Of a DNA stretch of 64,000 bases, positions 35,201 to 47,796 are shown piece by piece. This DNA comes from Felis catus (lineage: Eukaryota), in contig NC_058377.1 of the NCBI RefSeq assembly GCF_018350175.1, forward strand, positions 16,616,001 through 16,680,000, read 5' to 3'. Position 1 is the stretch's first letter, and each line of letters starts with the position of its first letter. The notes beneath the pieces were generated by a model that was given only the letters and a program-made list of their open reading frames with translations, ran no database searches and was not told where the DNA came from. The position numbers were made by a program, and so were the translations under genes.

Positions 35201-38200
35201 GGGGGCTCTCTGGAGAGTGAGGCCATCAGGACACAAAGGTCTTGCTTAACTCTCAACCGTGCCGTTCCCAGGCCAGCATTCTGGTGACCACCCGGCCCTC
35301 CGCCATCGGCCGAATCCCCAGCAAGTATGTGGGCCGCTATGGCCAGATCTGTGGCTTCTCTGATACCAACCTGCAGAAGCTCTACTTCCAGCTCCGCCTC
35401 AACCAGCCAGACTGTGAGTACGGTGCTGGGGGTGCAGGGATCTCGGCCACGCCAGCCCAGCGTGACAATCTGGTGCAGATGCTCTCCCGGAACCTGGAGG
35501 GGCACCACCAGATCGCCGCCGCCTGCTTCCTGCCCTCCTATTGCTGGCTTGTCTGTGCCACCTTGCACTTCCTGCACGCTCCCACACCGGCTGGACAGAC
35601 CCTCACGAGCATTTACACCAGCTTCCTGCGTCTGAACTTCAGTGGGGAGATGCTGGACAGCACTGACCCCTCCAAGCTGTCCCTAATGGCCTATGCAGCC
35701 CGAACCATGGGCAAGTTGGCCTACGAGGGGGTGTCCTCCCGCAAGACCTATTTCTCTGAAGAGGATGTCCGTGGCTGTCTGGAAGCTGGCATGAAGACTG
35801 AAGAAGAGTTCCAGCTGCTACGTGTCTTCCGCCGGGACGCCCTGAGGTTTTTTCTGGCCCCGTGTGTGGAACCAGGGCGCCAGGGCACCTTTGTGTTCAC
35901 TGTGCCTGCCATGCAGGAATACCTGGCCGCCCTCTACATCGTGCTGGGTTTGCGGAAGACGACCCTGCAGCGGGTGGGCAAGGAAGTGGCTGAGTTCGTG
36001 GGCCGCGTCGGGGAGGACGTCAGTCTGGTCCTGGGCATTGTGGCCAAGCTTCTACCCCTGCGAGCCCTGCCTCTGCTCTTCAACCTGCTCAAGGTAACGG
36101 CCCAGCACCCCGGGCTCTCAGCCCCCCTATCCCCCGTTCACCCCCTTGCTCCTCTCCCAGAAGGAAACCGCTACTTCCTGTGTAGCTGTGAATCTTCTTC
36201 TTGACTCTGGTTTCAGATTTGGGCAATCTGGCTTTTAGTGGGATTGAGACATAAGGGAAGGGGGAGCCGGAAACCACAGACTCGGGAAGGCTTGATGGCT
36301 GGGAGGAGGATGTGAGTGAGGGCGCAGGCACTTTAGTCACAATCCTATGACCCTAATGACGGTTTTCTTTTTGCCTCTCTTCTGGTCTTTGTCGGTGGGA
36401 GGCAGGAATCGCGCTATAGTCCAGGGTCTGGCCTCTTCTTTGCAGGCCCAGAAACTCCAATGTCTCTGTTCCCTTGGAGGTGGTTAGACTCCGGGAATGA
36501 TGACTCATTCTAACTAAATCACCAGAGACAAGTTTATAAAGCAGATGCCATTTTATTCATTTATACCAGGAGGAGAAATGGCATTGATAATTGGCTTAGG
36601 ATAGCGCAGGCCTGCTCCAGAGTCCAAATTACAGGCCCAAGGACTGTGCTGTGAGCAGGGCAGACGTGCTAAGTTTTTGAGGGGAAGAAGGATCCACCTT
36701 CTGGTGATGGCTACCAGGTGCCTTGGGAATGAAATCTTATTATGATCCCTTTGTAGAATCCTAAGAAAATCCTAAGAGACCGAGGCTCACAGAGGCTAAG
36801 TAACTTGCCCAAGGTCACCCAGACAGTAAGTGGGATAGCTGGGATCTGGGTCCAGGTTTAGGAGTCTGAACCCTGTGCTCTCTCTGCCAAACTTTACTGG
36901 TGTGTGATAGATATTTCTGTTAAGCTTTGGTGCCTTGCTAGGTAACCCTGGTCCTCTCTAGGAATGCATCAGTAACTTCTTTGGGAGGTAGGACCCTGGT
37001 CAGTGCTGGCAAAATTTTAACAGGTTTTCCTCTTTACGGGCACCGAAGCATAATGTTTAGGAGCAGGGATTCAGTAATTCAGCTATATGGGATTAAATCC
37101 AGGCTCTGCCACTTACTAGCTGTGTGATCTTGGACAAGTTACTTAACTGCTAGGTGCCTCCAAGTCTTACCTGTTAAATGGGGATAACAGAATCTATAGC
37201 ACTTGGCCTAATATGAGGAGTAAATGTATTCATCCTCAGGATCTGGTACATAATAAGTGCTATTTATTGTTTGTTAGACAGGAAAACAGGCTCGGGAAGC
37301 CCACCCTTTCCCACACCATAGGCTCAGACGGGAAGGTAATGGCCATTGCTCAGGCCAGCCCAGCCCTTTGAGGATGCGTTTGCCTTATCTGGGTTACAGT
37401 GAGAGGCTGTGGTCTCCTGACAGGATTCCAGAAGCCCCTCAGTGCACCAAATTGTTAGCACCACAACTCCGGCCCTCTGGGAGGGGAGGGCTGCTGAGGA
37501 GAATGCTGGTCTGATTTGTTTCTTCACGAGCCTATTGACTCAGCTTCGCAGGGTGACATTTCCTCATGCTGTCACCATGTGACTGTTGAGGGAGGAGCGC
37601 TATAACCTCCATGGCAGAGACCTCACCTGTAAAAAGGGAAAAAAGAAACCAAACCAGCCGTTAGAGGAGGTGCCACAAAACAACCTCGTGGCTCCTTGCC
37701 AGAGCCACGGGCCCTCCTTGCACCAAGGCAAGCACGGGAGACGATGTCCCAAACCTCCTAAATGTTAATTTCCCCAACAAACATTTGAGTGCCTGCTGTG
37801 TACCAGGCAATGTGTTAGGTTCTGGGGAAGAAACAATTAACGAAACCCCAGATTTCTGCCCTTTCTGGTCCTCCAGCGGGAACACAAACACGTCCCTGTG
37901 ACCGTGTGATTTGAAACTATGGTTTGGCACCCGGGTGGCTCGGTTGGTCAAGCGTCCGACATCAGCTCAGGTCACGATCTCACAGTGTGCCAGTTCGAGC
38001 CCCCCCATCAGGCTTTGCCACTGTCAGCACAGAGCCTGCTCCTGATCTTCTACTCCCCTCTCTCTGTCCCTCCCCGACTTGCGTGCTCTCTCTCAAAAAT
38101 AAACAGAACATTAGAAAAAATGAGGAACTAAAAAAAAAAAATAATAAACGAGATTATGGTAAGTGCCTGGAAAGCAAAGTTGCAGGTACTGTGAAAATGT

Positions 38201-38218
38201 GTAAGTGGGGGACCTGAT

Positions 38219-38263
<45 letters not shown>

Positions 38264-41200
38264 ACTTCTCTGCAGGAAGAGCATTTAACCTGACCCTGGA
38301 GCATAGCCAAGGAGAAGAATTGGGGAGGGGAGTCACCCCAGAAAGAGAATACAGCTTTGAAGGAATGGAACCGTGGTACTGTCGAAAAATAATAATGACA
38401 AAAACCGAAAGGACAGAAGCAGAGCGCGTGAGCGTAAGAAGTCTGTAGCTGAAGGCAGTGTGGCTGGCAGGGCCTTGAAGGAGCAAGAGCGACATCAGTC
38501 TTTGTTGCTGGGGTGACCGTGATGATGTGGAAGATGAGGATATCTTCGTAGCAGCACCTAGCCTGGTACCAAACCAAATGCAAAATAGATATAAATTCCT
38601 TCCCACCACCGGGCTTGCAAATGTATGGGGTGTTTGGGAGAAAGAATTTCCTAATGTCAGGAATGTAGGACACAAGTATCGAGAGGTGACTGTGGAAAGG
38701 TCAAATTGGGGCCAAATTATGACAAGTTTTCTATTCCGCGTGGGCAGTGGGGAGCCACGGCGGGTGCTGCCGTGGGGGAGTAGTATGATCAGACAAATCG
38801 TGCTGGGGGTTTAAGAGAGACGGTGAGGCCGGATGGGCAGGGAGAAAGCACCTTCCGCTGAGCTTTGAAGGCCGAGCGGGCACACAGGAGGCTGCAGCAC
38901 CGTCCCCGTGTCCCCTCCCAGGTGGTTCCAAGAGTGTTTGGGCGCGTGGTGGGTAAGAGCCGCGAGGCGGTGGCCCAGGCCATGGTGCTGGAGATGTTCC
39001 GAGAGGAGGACTACTACAACGACGATGTCCTGGACCAGATGGGTGCCAGTATCCTGGGCGTGGAAGGCCCCCGGCGCCATCCAGACGAGCCTCCCGATGA
39101 TGAGGTCTTTGAGCTCTTCCCCATGTTCATGGGAGGGCTTCTGTCCGCGCACAACCGGGCCGTGCTGGCTCAGCTCGGCTGCCCCATCAAGAACCTGGAT
39201 GCCCTGGAGAACGCCCAGGCCATCAAGAAGAAGCTGGGCAAGCTGGGCCGGCAGGTGCTGCCCCCATCAGAGCTCCTGGACCACCTGTTCTTCCACTATG
39301 AGTTCCAGAATCAGCGCTTCTCTGCTGAGGTGCTCAGCTCCCTGCGCCAGCTCAACCTGGCTGGTGTGCGCATGACACCCCTCAAGTGCACAGTGGTGGC
39401 AGCTGTGCTGGGCAGCGGAAGGCACGCCCTGGATGAGGTGAACTTGGCCTCCTGTCAGCTGGATCCTGCCGGGCTGCGCACACTCAGGCCTGTCTTCCTG
39501 CGTGCCCGGAAGCTGGGGTGAGGACCCGCCTTCAAGCATGGGCCGGAAGTCAGGAGAGGGTTGGGGGTGAAGAGGTGGGAAGAGAAGGTGCTGGGGAGAC
39601 CAAAGGTAGTGAGGAAGGACCAGGGGGCGGGACGAGGAAGTCTGGGGTGCGGGGAGGTGACAAGCAATAGAAGGGAGGGCTGCGTGGGCTTTGAGAGGCA
39701 GGATGGTGAGAAAAGGGCATGGTGGGTGGGCAGGGTCCATGCTGAACTCCTCCCTTGCTTCTCACCTCCCCTCTGGCCACTTTCCGTCCCAGCTTGCAAC
39801 TCAACAGCCTGGGCCCCGAGGCCTGCAGCGACCTCCGAGACCTGCTGCTGCACGACCAGTGCCAGATCACCACCCTGCGGTGAGTGTTTCGGGATGGGTG
39901 GGGGAGGGCTGGAGGGAGGCTCTGGCCATCCTGCTGGCAGGCTAAGGTCAAGGGTGAGCCTCCCGCCTCAACACACCTGGCGCTGGCCCACCCCTGGTGT
40001 GGTGAAGGGGTTGGGGGCCTAGACCCCCCGTCTTGCCGCCCAGGTCCAGTACAAGCAGCGGGGTGGAGGAAAGCTGCCACTGGGAATAGGTGCCTCTCTG
40101 GTGGCTAAAATCAGCGTGGGTCCGGGGGAATAATAGCCAGGCCGGTTGCCTGGCAACAGTGCCGCTGATGCTCTCCCAGGATTTTCCCTGTCGCCTCACA
40201 AGGATGACCCTAATGCTGGGCACTCAGCAGATGCTTCCAAAGGGCTGACTGGTTTACTGGGAACCCAGAAGCCTGGTTGGAGTAAGAGGAGGTGAATGAA
40301 GAGGCGGAGGGCAAGGGGCAGGGCGGTCTGGGGAGGAGGTGAAAAAAGGAAGGAGAAGAGAAGTGGTAACGATGAAGAGAGGTGGGTCAGCAGAAGAGAA
40401 TGGAAGGAAGGAGGAGAAGCCAGCCTCCACCCTGCTCTGCCTCCTGTGCGCTCCACCACACCCCTGTTTCTTGGTGCTCTTCTCCCCCGCCTGCACACCT
40501 TTGTGTCCAGGCTCCCCCCACCCCAGGCTGTGTATCCTTTCGGTCCAAGTCCCACCGCCCAGCGCAGGGCATCTGCCGTGGGCCCTCATAACGTTGGGGT
40601 GCTTGTGGCCGTAGGCTGTCCAACAACCCGCTGACGGCGGCCGGCGTGGCCCTGCTGCTGGAGGGGCTGGCCGGAAACACCTCCCTGACACACCTGTCCC
40701 TGCTGCATACGGGCCTTGGGGACGAGGGCCTGGAGCTGCTGGCCACCCAGCTGGACCGTAATCAACAGCTGCAGGAGCTGAACGTGGCCTACAATGGTGC
40801 TGGTGACACAGCGGCCCTGGCCCTGGCCCAAGCTGCCCAGGACCACCCCTCCCTCGAGCTGCTGCAGTGAGTCTTGTCCTCGGTGCCATCCCCCCACCCC
40901 AGCCCTTCAGTCTCCCTCCTGTCTCCACTGCATTCTTCCTGCCCTAGGGCCTACCCTCTACCCCTGCCTTCTCACTGGTCCTCACGGACCCGCTTCAGAA
41001 CTGACCCACGCCTTACCCCGCCCCGATTCCCTACTACCGTTTCTCTTTGAGTCCTAGTGGCTCCATCCCTACTGTCCCGGGTCCTGCTGAGTTTAGATGT
41101 CATCTACACCTCCTGTTGGCCACCCCCCTCCATCTCTGGCTCATCTCACACGCCCCATCACATTCCAGAGCCAGGGGAGGAGTCGTGAGGACCCCCCAGG

Positions 41201-41596
41201 CTCTGTCCCGTCCACCCCCTGCCCTCCTTCTCAGAGCCCCGCTGAATGGCATCTTCTATTTTCTCTCCTTCTAGCCTCTACTTCAATGAGCTGAGCTCAG
41301 AGGGCCGCCAGGCCCTGCGGGATGTGGGGAGCACTGCTAAAGGTGGTGCCCGGGTCGTGGTATCGCTGACAGAGGGGACAGCAGTGTCTGAGTACTGGTC
41401 GGTGATCCTTAGTGAAGTCCAGCGGAACCTCAACAGCTGGGATCGCAGTCGTGTCCGGCGCCACCTTGAGCTGCTGCTTCGAGATCTGGAAGACAGCCGA
41501 GGGGACACCCTTAACCCCTGGCGCAAGGCCCAGCTGCTGCGAGTGGAGGGTGAGGTCAGGGCCCTCCTGGAGCAGCTGGGAGGCCCTGGAAGCTGA
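32235..41596 (+). CDS. NLRX1: NLR family member X1 (mitochondrial NOD-like receptor); coding exons 32235-32304, 32861-32930, 33420-33508, 34071-34690, 35272-36093, 38922-39517, 39793-39879, 40615-40866, 41275-41596
   Basis: N-terminal targeting-like peptide [18 protein letters not shown] Walker [16 protein letters not shown] sensor, LRRs ([24 protein letters not shown]) and C-terminus [10 protein letters not shown]. Exons sum to 2928 nt (975 aa). Confidence 0.97.
34986..35160 (-). mobile_element. Can-SINE (internally deleted)
   Basis: Poly-T, GA-rich region, ..gagccacccgggtgcgc head. Confidence 0.8.
37925..38143 (+). mobile_element. Can-SINE
   Basis: ggcacccgggtggctcgg head, CT-rich region, A-rich tail. 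Confidence 0.82.
38221..38258. repeat. (GT)n microsatellite
   Basis: Direct dinucleotide repeat of about 19 units. Confidence 0.92.
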
Positions 41597-42132
41597 AGCA
41601 GTGGCGGCAGTCACCGAGCTATGTGACCCCTGGGCCCAAGACCCTTCCCTCTGTGGCCTCCTGGTTTGCACTACTGCTTCCAGAAAGATCCCTGTGGGGC
41701 TGGAGGTAAAGGATAGGGCACAACTGTGCCAGTTGCTCTCCTGGGGCGTGTCCAACCATTGCTCCCCCAAGTCTGGAATTGCCAGGGTCATGGAACGTGC
41801 CTCCTTCCATTCAGCTAGGGCTGAGAAAGACTCTTCATGTGGCATCTTGGCAGCCAGTCGCCCTGTGGCACCACCAACCTTACCTCCATCCTCTCGAGGA
41901 GCTTCCGAGTGTGCCACGAGGGGGCGCACTTCTGCCCGCCTCACCGGCGGTGTTGCCATCAGATGCGTTGGAGGGCCTCCACCTTCTGCCTTTCTGCTCA
42001 TCAGAGGACACGGAGGATGCCCGGAGCCGCTTTCCTCTCTTGTCGGTGCCTTCTCCTCACCTTCACGCCCCCTTTCTCACAATCGTACTTATGCTCAGTG
42101 GCTCCGAGGGGCCTGTGCACTGCCCTGCTTCT

Positions 42133-42138
42133 ATTAAA
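42133..42138 (+). terminator. Poly(A) signal of NLRX1 (ATTAAA variant)
   Basis: Only hexamer candidate I found between the NLRX1 stop and the PDZD3 start; followed by GU/U-rich sequence. Confidence 0.65.
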
Positions 42139-42479
42139 AAGCTGTGTCTTCTACCTACTATGGCCTCCTTCTTGCCTGATGCTTTCAAGAAGGGGCGCTG
42201 TTTTCGGACCACTTTCTGTTGTAGGTGGTTCTTGGACGCTAGGTTCAGAGGCAGCGAGGGCTGGGGGTGGTCTAGGAACAAGATACTGGGGTGGGAGGAG
42301 GTCATGCTGGGCTATAGGACTTCTATCACCTTTTCAAACATACCTATCCCAGGCTTGGCATTATCATGAAAAGCAACCTACCTTTGTCTGCCCAGAGCAG
42401 AAGCTGGGACCGCAGCAGTCTCCAGAGAAAGTTGGGGCCCAGGAATGGGGGCAGGAGGAACACACATACTTCTCCCTGG

Positions 42480-42560
42480 GGGATAAGACTCCTCCCGTTA
42501 ACCATTACCTCACTGCTCCTAAGGCAGTGTCTTTAAGGAGGCGGGACGTGGCAGGTTAGG
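42480..42560 (+). promoter_or_regulatory. PDZD3 proximal promoter with GATA, HNF1-like and GC-box motifs
   Basis: GATAAG at 42482-42487, GTTAACCATTACC at 42497-42509 (HNF1 consensus GTTAATNATTAAC, 2 mismatches), tttaag and ggaggcggg just downstream. Confidence 0.55.
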
Positions 42561-42625
42561 TGGGAGGGTCAGCTGTTTTTCATGGACCTTGTCCCTACCC
42601 TGAGCACTGGGTCACTGATCCAACT

Positions 42626-45600
42626 ATGGAAGCAGCTGCAGGTAGGAGACTGGGAGAAATCCTCTGCTGGGGACTTGAGAGGGCAGTTGAGAGGGCAGAT
42701 TGGGAGGCCAAGGCTTTGGGACCAGGGTGTACTTGATGTTGGGGCTTGGTGCCCGGAGGCAAATAGATGGCAAGTTAGAAGAGAAGAGGTGAGTGGGTAG
42801 GTCTGTCTTCCTGGTCCACGCCCCGTCCTGATATGCTCAGATTTCTGTGGACTGGGAGGCAAAGGGAAGAGAGAAGAAGGGCAGGTCTTACTGGAGCAGA
42901 ATGGAGGGGGCAAGTTCTAAATTTGGGGGTTCGCCCAAGTCCTTTCAGTTAATGACTGTGGAAGAGGAGTGGGGTGGGGAGGGAATGCGCCCCTCCTCTC
43001 CTCATCCCTCCCTTCTTTGCCCAGCAGATCTTCAGGACACAGCCTCGTTAACTCTGTAAGTGCCATGCTGGGAAGGATTGGGGCAAGGGGTGGAGGAGAT
43101 CCAAGGTGGGGAAAGCCTTCATTCGCACCTCAAGTAGAGACCGGGACCAGAGTCCCGATGTCAGTTTGCTCCTACCTGTGTCCCTTGCCTCCTTGCAGGA
43201 AGTTTGAGTTTAACCCAAAGCAGGGCATTGATAATCCTGTCCTCTCTCTGGCTGAAGACCTTGACCCCTCCGGTAACCCCCTCGCCCTGGGCAACCATTC
43301 CCTTTCCCCAGAGATACCACAGCTCCTCTCCGGCCTCCCGTCTCCTTGGTAACCACTCCACTCGGCCTCCCTCCGATAGCAGCCTGGTGGGGAGTAACTG
43401 TGTGGAGGTAGGAGGGGTTTGGGTGTTTTCTTTTGTCCAAGCCACTCTTCCCACATTTGGGTATTTGGCCCCACTGCCCAATACTTAACTGGGTAGGAGG
43501 CTGCCCAGTGCCCTACCTATCACAAGGGTAGCGTCTGCCAGGCACAAGGCGACTTGTATTTGGGCCCCCTCTTCCTCCCCCTTTTCTGTTGCCCACATCC
43601 CCTTCCAGATCTCTGGAGCCTGGAGCGGCCTCGCTTCTGTCTGCTGAGCAAAGAGGAGGGCAGGAGTTTTGGCTTCCACCTGAGACAGGATCTGGTCAAG
43701 GCTGTGCCTGTGGTGTGCAGGGTGGAGCCAGGCACCTCTGCCCAGCGCCAGGGTCTTCGGGAAGGGGACCGGATCCTAGGGGTGAACGACCACGTTGTGG
43801 AATGTGAAGACTATGCTGTGGTGAGGTTGGGCTGGGGCTTCCCTGTGGCGTAGAACATCCCTTAGCACCTTAAGGAGAGAGAAAGTCACTTCCCTGGATA
43901 GATGGGGGCAGTCCCTAGCCTCAACCTCCCCTACCTTCCAGGATTTAGGGCTGCCCAGGTTGGGATGATCCGGAGAGTTGGTTCCAGGGGGTATAGCTCA
44001 GGGGTAGAGCATTTGGCTGCAGACAGCTGGTTCCAGGGAGGGGGCACTGGCAAGAGGGGCCGCTCCCAACCTCCCCCTGCATGCCCTCTCTTTAGGTGGT
44101 GCGCCGTATCCGGGCCAGCGGTCCGCGGGTGTTGCTGACAGTTTTGGCGCAGCACGTGTATGACATGGTTCAAGATCGGCAGGGGAACAGTGCCCACCTG
44201 TCTCCTACTCTTGGCCCAGGGGTCCGGCCCCGACTGTGTCACATAGTGAAAGATGAGGGCGGCTTTGGCTTCAGTGTCACCTACAGTGAGCCCCGAGGCT
44301 CGGGAAGGGAGGTCAAGAGCGGGATCTCAGCCCAGTTCTGGGCAGGTGGCAGATGGAAACTTACTTGTTTTTTTGTTTTTTTTTTTTTCCGGCTTCCAGG
44401 TTATCAGGCTCCTTTCTGGTTGGTGCTGAGCACTGGAGGAGCCGCTGAGCGGGCCGGGGTGCCTCCTGGGGCCCGACTGCTAGAAGTGAATGGGGTCAGC
44501 GTGGAGAAGTTCACTTATAACCAGCTCAGCAGGAAGGTATGGCCGGCTGTCTTCCCCCATTCGGGCCTCACCCCTCTGGGCCCGGGGGCCATGCCTCAGG
44601 CAGCAGATTCCTCCCCCTCGCACTCATCTTCTCATCTGACCTTGTACCTCCTGCCATCCCTTCACAGTTCCTGCTAGGCTCTTCTCTCCCCCCACCCTTA
44701 GTGCCTCCTTCCTGGGGTTTGGAGGAGGGGCTGGCTCTGCCCTCCCTACCCAGCTGGTTGATGCCGATGCCCTGCTGGGTTCCTACAGCTTTGGCAGAGT
44801 GGAGAGCAAGTGACCCTGCTGGTGGCTGGGCCAGAGGTGGAGGAACAGTGTCGCCGGCTGGGAATGCCCCTGGCTGCGCCCTTAGCGGAGGGCTGGGCAC
44901 TGCCCACCAAGCCGCGCTCTCTGCACCTACAGAAGGGGCCCCGGGGCTTTGGGTTCCTGCTTCGGGAGGAGAAAGGTCTTGACGGCCAACCCGGTGAGTG
45001 GTAGTCCCGGAGGCGGGTAGGGAAGGTGTGTGTTAAACCTGTTCACATTCGACTCTCAGTGCATATAAGTGGTATCCCTGGCTGAACCCCAGCCCTGAGC
45101 CTCCTCCTACTGTGTCCCCCCCCACCCCGGGGTCAGTCCCTCAGTGTGCCCACAGTGGCCTGGGCTGGCACTGGGGTTAGCAGGGAAGGGGCCATGAGGA
45201 TGTTTACGTCCTAGGACAGTTCCTGTGGGAGGTGGACCCAGGACTGCCAGCTGAGAAAGCCGGGATGCAGGCTGGGGACCGGCTGGTGGCTGTGGCTGGG
45301 GAAAGTGTGGAGGGGCTGGGCCACGAGGAGACAGTGTCCAGGATCCGCGCGCAGGGCTCCTCTGTCTCCCTCACTGTTGTCGACCGTAAGGCTGACCGCT
45401 TCTTCAGCATGGTGCGAGCTGAGGGCCGGGGGCTGGAGTGGGGGCAGGAATGGAGCAGGGCTCCGGTAGGGGGGAGAAGCAAAAAAGAAAGGTTTGCTCT
45501 GTCTGCCTCCTTCCAGGTTCGCTTGTCCCCACTTCTCTTCTTGGAGAGCACAGAGGCTCCTGCCTCTCCCCAGGAAAACTGCTCGGCCTCTCTGGTTGAA

Positions 45601-46347
45601 ACCAAGGACCTACCAGTTGAAGACACAGCCATGCCTCTTGTCCCGTGTGGCTCCCGCCAGTGCTTCCTGTACCCTGGGCCTGGCGGTGGCTACGGCTTCC
45701 GGCTTACCTGTGTGGCCAGTGAGCCTCGTCTCTTCGTCTCCCAGGTGACTTATGCCCTATGGACCTCGGATCTTTTCAGTCCTTTGCCTCCTGATGAGCT
45801 GTCATCTGCTTCCCTCCCAAGGTCTTAGAGCATCCAGCAACTTTTCCACGGTGTCCCATGTTCTGTAACCCCCCTCTTCACCAGGTGACCCTAGGAGGCT
45901 CAGCTGCCCGGGCCGGGCTGCAAACGGGAGATGTGATTCTGGAGGTGAATGGGTATCCCATGGGTGGAGAGAATGACCTGGAAAAGCTTCAGCAGCTGGT
46001 TGAGGCTGAGCCACCCCTCTGCCTGAAGCTGGCCGCCAGGTCCTGCCGGGGCTTCGAAGCCTGCGATCGCCCAGGGTTTGGAGAGGTAAGGAAGTAGGGA
46101 CAGACGGGCAGTGAGCAGCCAGAGAAAGAGCCCAAGAGGAGGGCTACAGGGTGAAGCAGTGTGAGGCATGCAGGTTGGGACTTTAGACCATGGTAGGTGG
46201 GGACAGAAGGACCCGGGGAACAAGCCACATCCCTGGCCGGTCCAGTGGGGGTGGGGCCAGGGAAAAGGAACTCTTCTGATCCGTGAATGACCTTCTGTCT
46301 TCTCTCTCTCTGCTCAGGACAGGGCTCTAGCCTCAGAGCTGCTGTAG
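42626..46347 (+). CDS. PDZD3: PDZ domain-containing protein 3 / NHERF4 (IKEPP), four PDZ domains; coding exons 42626-42641, 43028-43055, 43199-43272, 43609-43820, 44096-44285, 44400-44536, 44789-44993, 45215-45411, 45517-45744, 45885-46085, 46318-46347
   Basis: [23 protein letters not shown]-terminus, four carboxylate loops (SFGF, GFGF, GFGF, GYGF) and C-terminus DRALASELL*. Exons sum to 1518 nt (505 aa). Confidence 0.95.
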
Positions 46348-46607
46348 TCCTCTGCTGGACAAAGATCTGCCCATTGGCCTTCCCGTCTTCACTCTCTGGC
46401 TTGTGATGGTAGGAGCTGAGAAGCTTTCTTTAAGCCAGAACTGCAGCTCTAGGATTCCGGACACCCCCAATCACAGGATTGCCCAAGGTCTCCCTCCCTT
46501 CCTCCCAGAAGAGGGTGTGGCCAGAGGCCTCCGGCAGGCCCACTAGGGGGCCTAGGAGCATCGGGTTGTGTCCCTGGGATGAACTTCCCGCCCGAAACGA
46601 AGAATGG

Positions 46608-47304
46608 TGTGATTTCGTGATTTGTAATAAATTAGACCCTTTCCCAGCACAGAGCTCCTAAAACCCTTGGAATTTCCGAAGTAGTAAGATGACAAAGGTG
46701 TCTTCTGTTACTCGCAACACGCCCCTTTCAACCACATCTGACTTTGTTAATTAAGGAAGTGATTTTTGGAAAGCACCTAAGGTTGGGGGACTGGTTGCCA
46801 GGGGAACCTACCACGTGATTAGAGAGGGTTGGAACTTTCAGCCCCGCCCCGCCCCACCCCACCCCCACCCCCACCCCCACCCTGGACCTCCCGGGAGGGG
46901 AGAGGCACTGGAGGTTGAATTAATCACCAATGACCAATGGTTTCACTGCTCGTGCCTCCAGAGTGAAGCCTCCATAAAAAAACCCCCAAAAGGATGGGGT
47001 TCAGGGAGCCTGGAGGTGCTGGCCGGGTGGTGTACCCAGAGGGGGCATGGAGCTCCCACGCTCATGCCTTGTCCCGTTCCTACTTTCATCCGGCCGTTCC
47101 TGACTTGTGTCCTTTATAAAAAAACCGGCAATCTAGCGATTAAAAGGTTTCTCTTGAGTTCTGTGAGCCGCTCTGGCAAATATTGGAACCCAAGGGTGGG
47201 GGGGGGGCGGGGTCGTGGGAACCTTTCGACATTTGACCAGAGGTGAAATAGTACTGGGAGGGTTGTAGTAAAATAGAGGAGAATCCCAGGGCTTTCCCTT
47301 TTTA
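46608..47304 (+). mobile_element. MER21-like ERVL solo LTR (probably internally deleted)
   Basis: Starts TGTGAT..; contains cacagagctcctaaaacccttggaatttcc, gagggttggaactttcagcccc, ttaatcaccaatg and gaagcctccataaaaa, which I recall from MER21-family consensus sequences. The 3' boundary is approximate. Confidence 0.7.
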
Positions 47305-47595
47305 GGTGGGCTGTGGGCTGGCTGGGATTGAAGCCATCTGGAACTTGCCCTAGGCATGACGCCAGGAGACTCGGGTATATTGCAAGAATTTGGAGATAAG
47401 TTACACCTTCCTCTGCAACCTGAGGATTGTGCGGGCTGGTGGCTGGTCACTGTTAGTCTATTATGGAAATGACCTTTCTCCTACAAATCTGGCTGCCTGT
47501 GTTGGTTGGGGGGTGGGTGGGTGGGTGGGTCCGGGGCGGTGGTTTGGAGGGACCAAAAAAGCTCCAGACCCAAGGCATGGGACCCAGTTTCTCTA

Positions 47596-47796
47596 ACATT
47601 TATTTATTTTTAAGACAGAGAGAGACAGAGCATGAACGGGGGAGGGGCAGAGAGAGAGGGAGACACAGAGTCGGAAGCAGGCTCCAGGCTCTGAGCCATC
47701 AGCCCAGAGCCCGACGCGGGGCTCGAACTCACAGAACGCGAGATCGTGACCTGAGCCGAAGTCGGACGCTCAACCGACTGAGCCACCCAGGCGCCC
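47596..47796 (-). mobile_element. Can-SINE with target-site duplication
   Basis: cccagtttctctaa flanks both sides. Confidence 0.9.

Noticed and set aside
41297-42559. Several 196-241 aa ORFs over the NLRX1 last exon and 3'UTR
   Set aside because: They overlap in alternative frames in GC-rich sequence and show no protein motifs.
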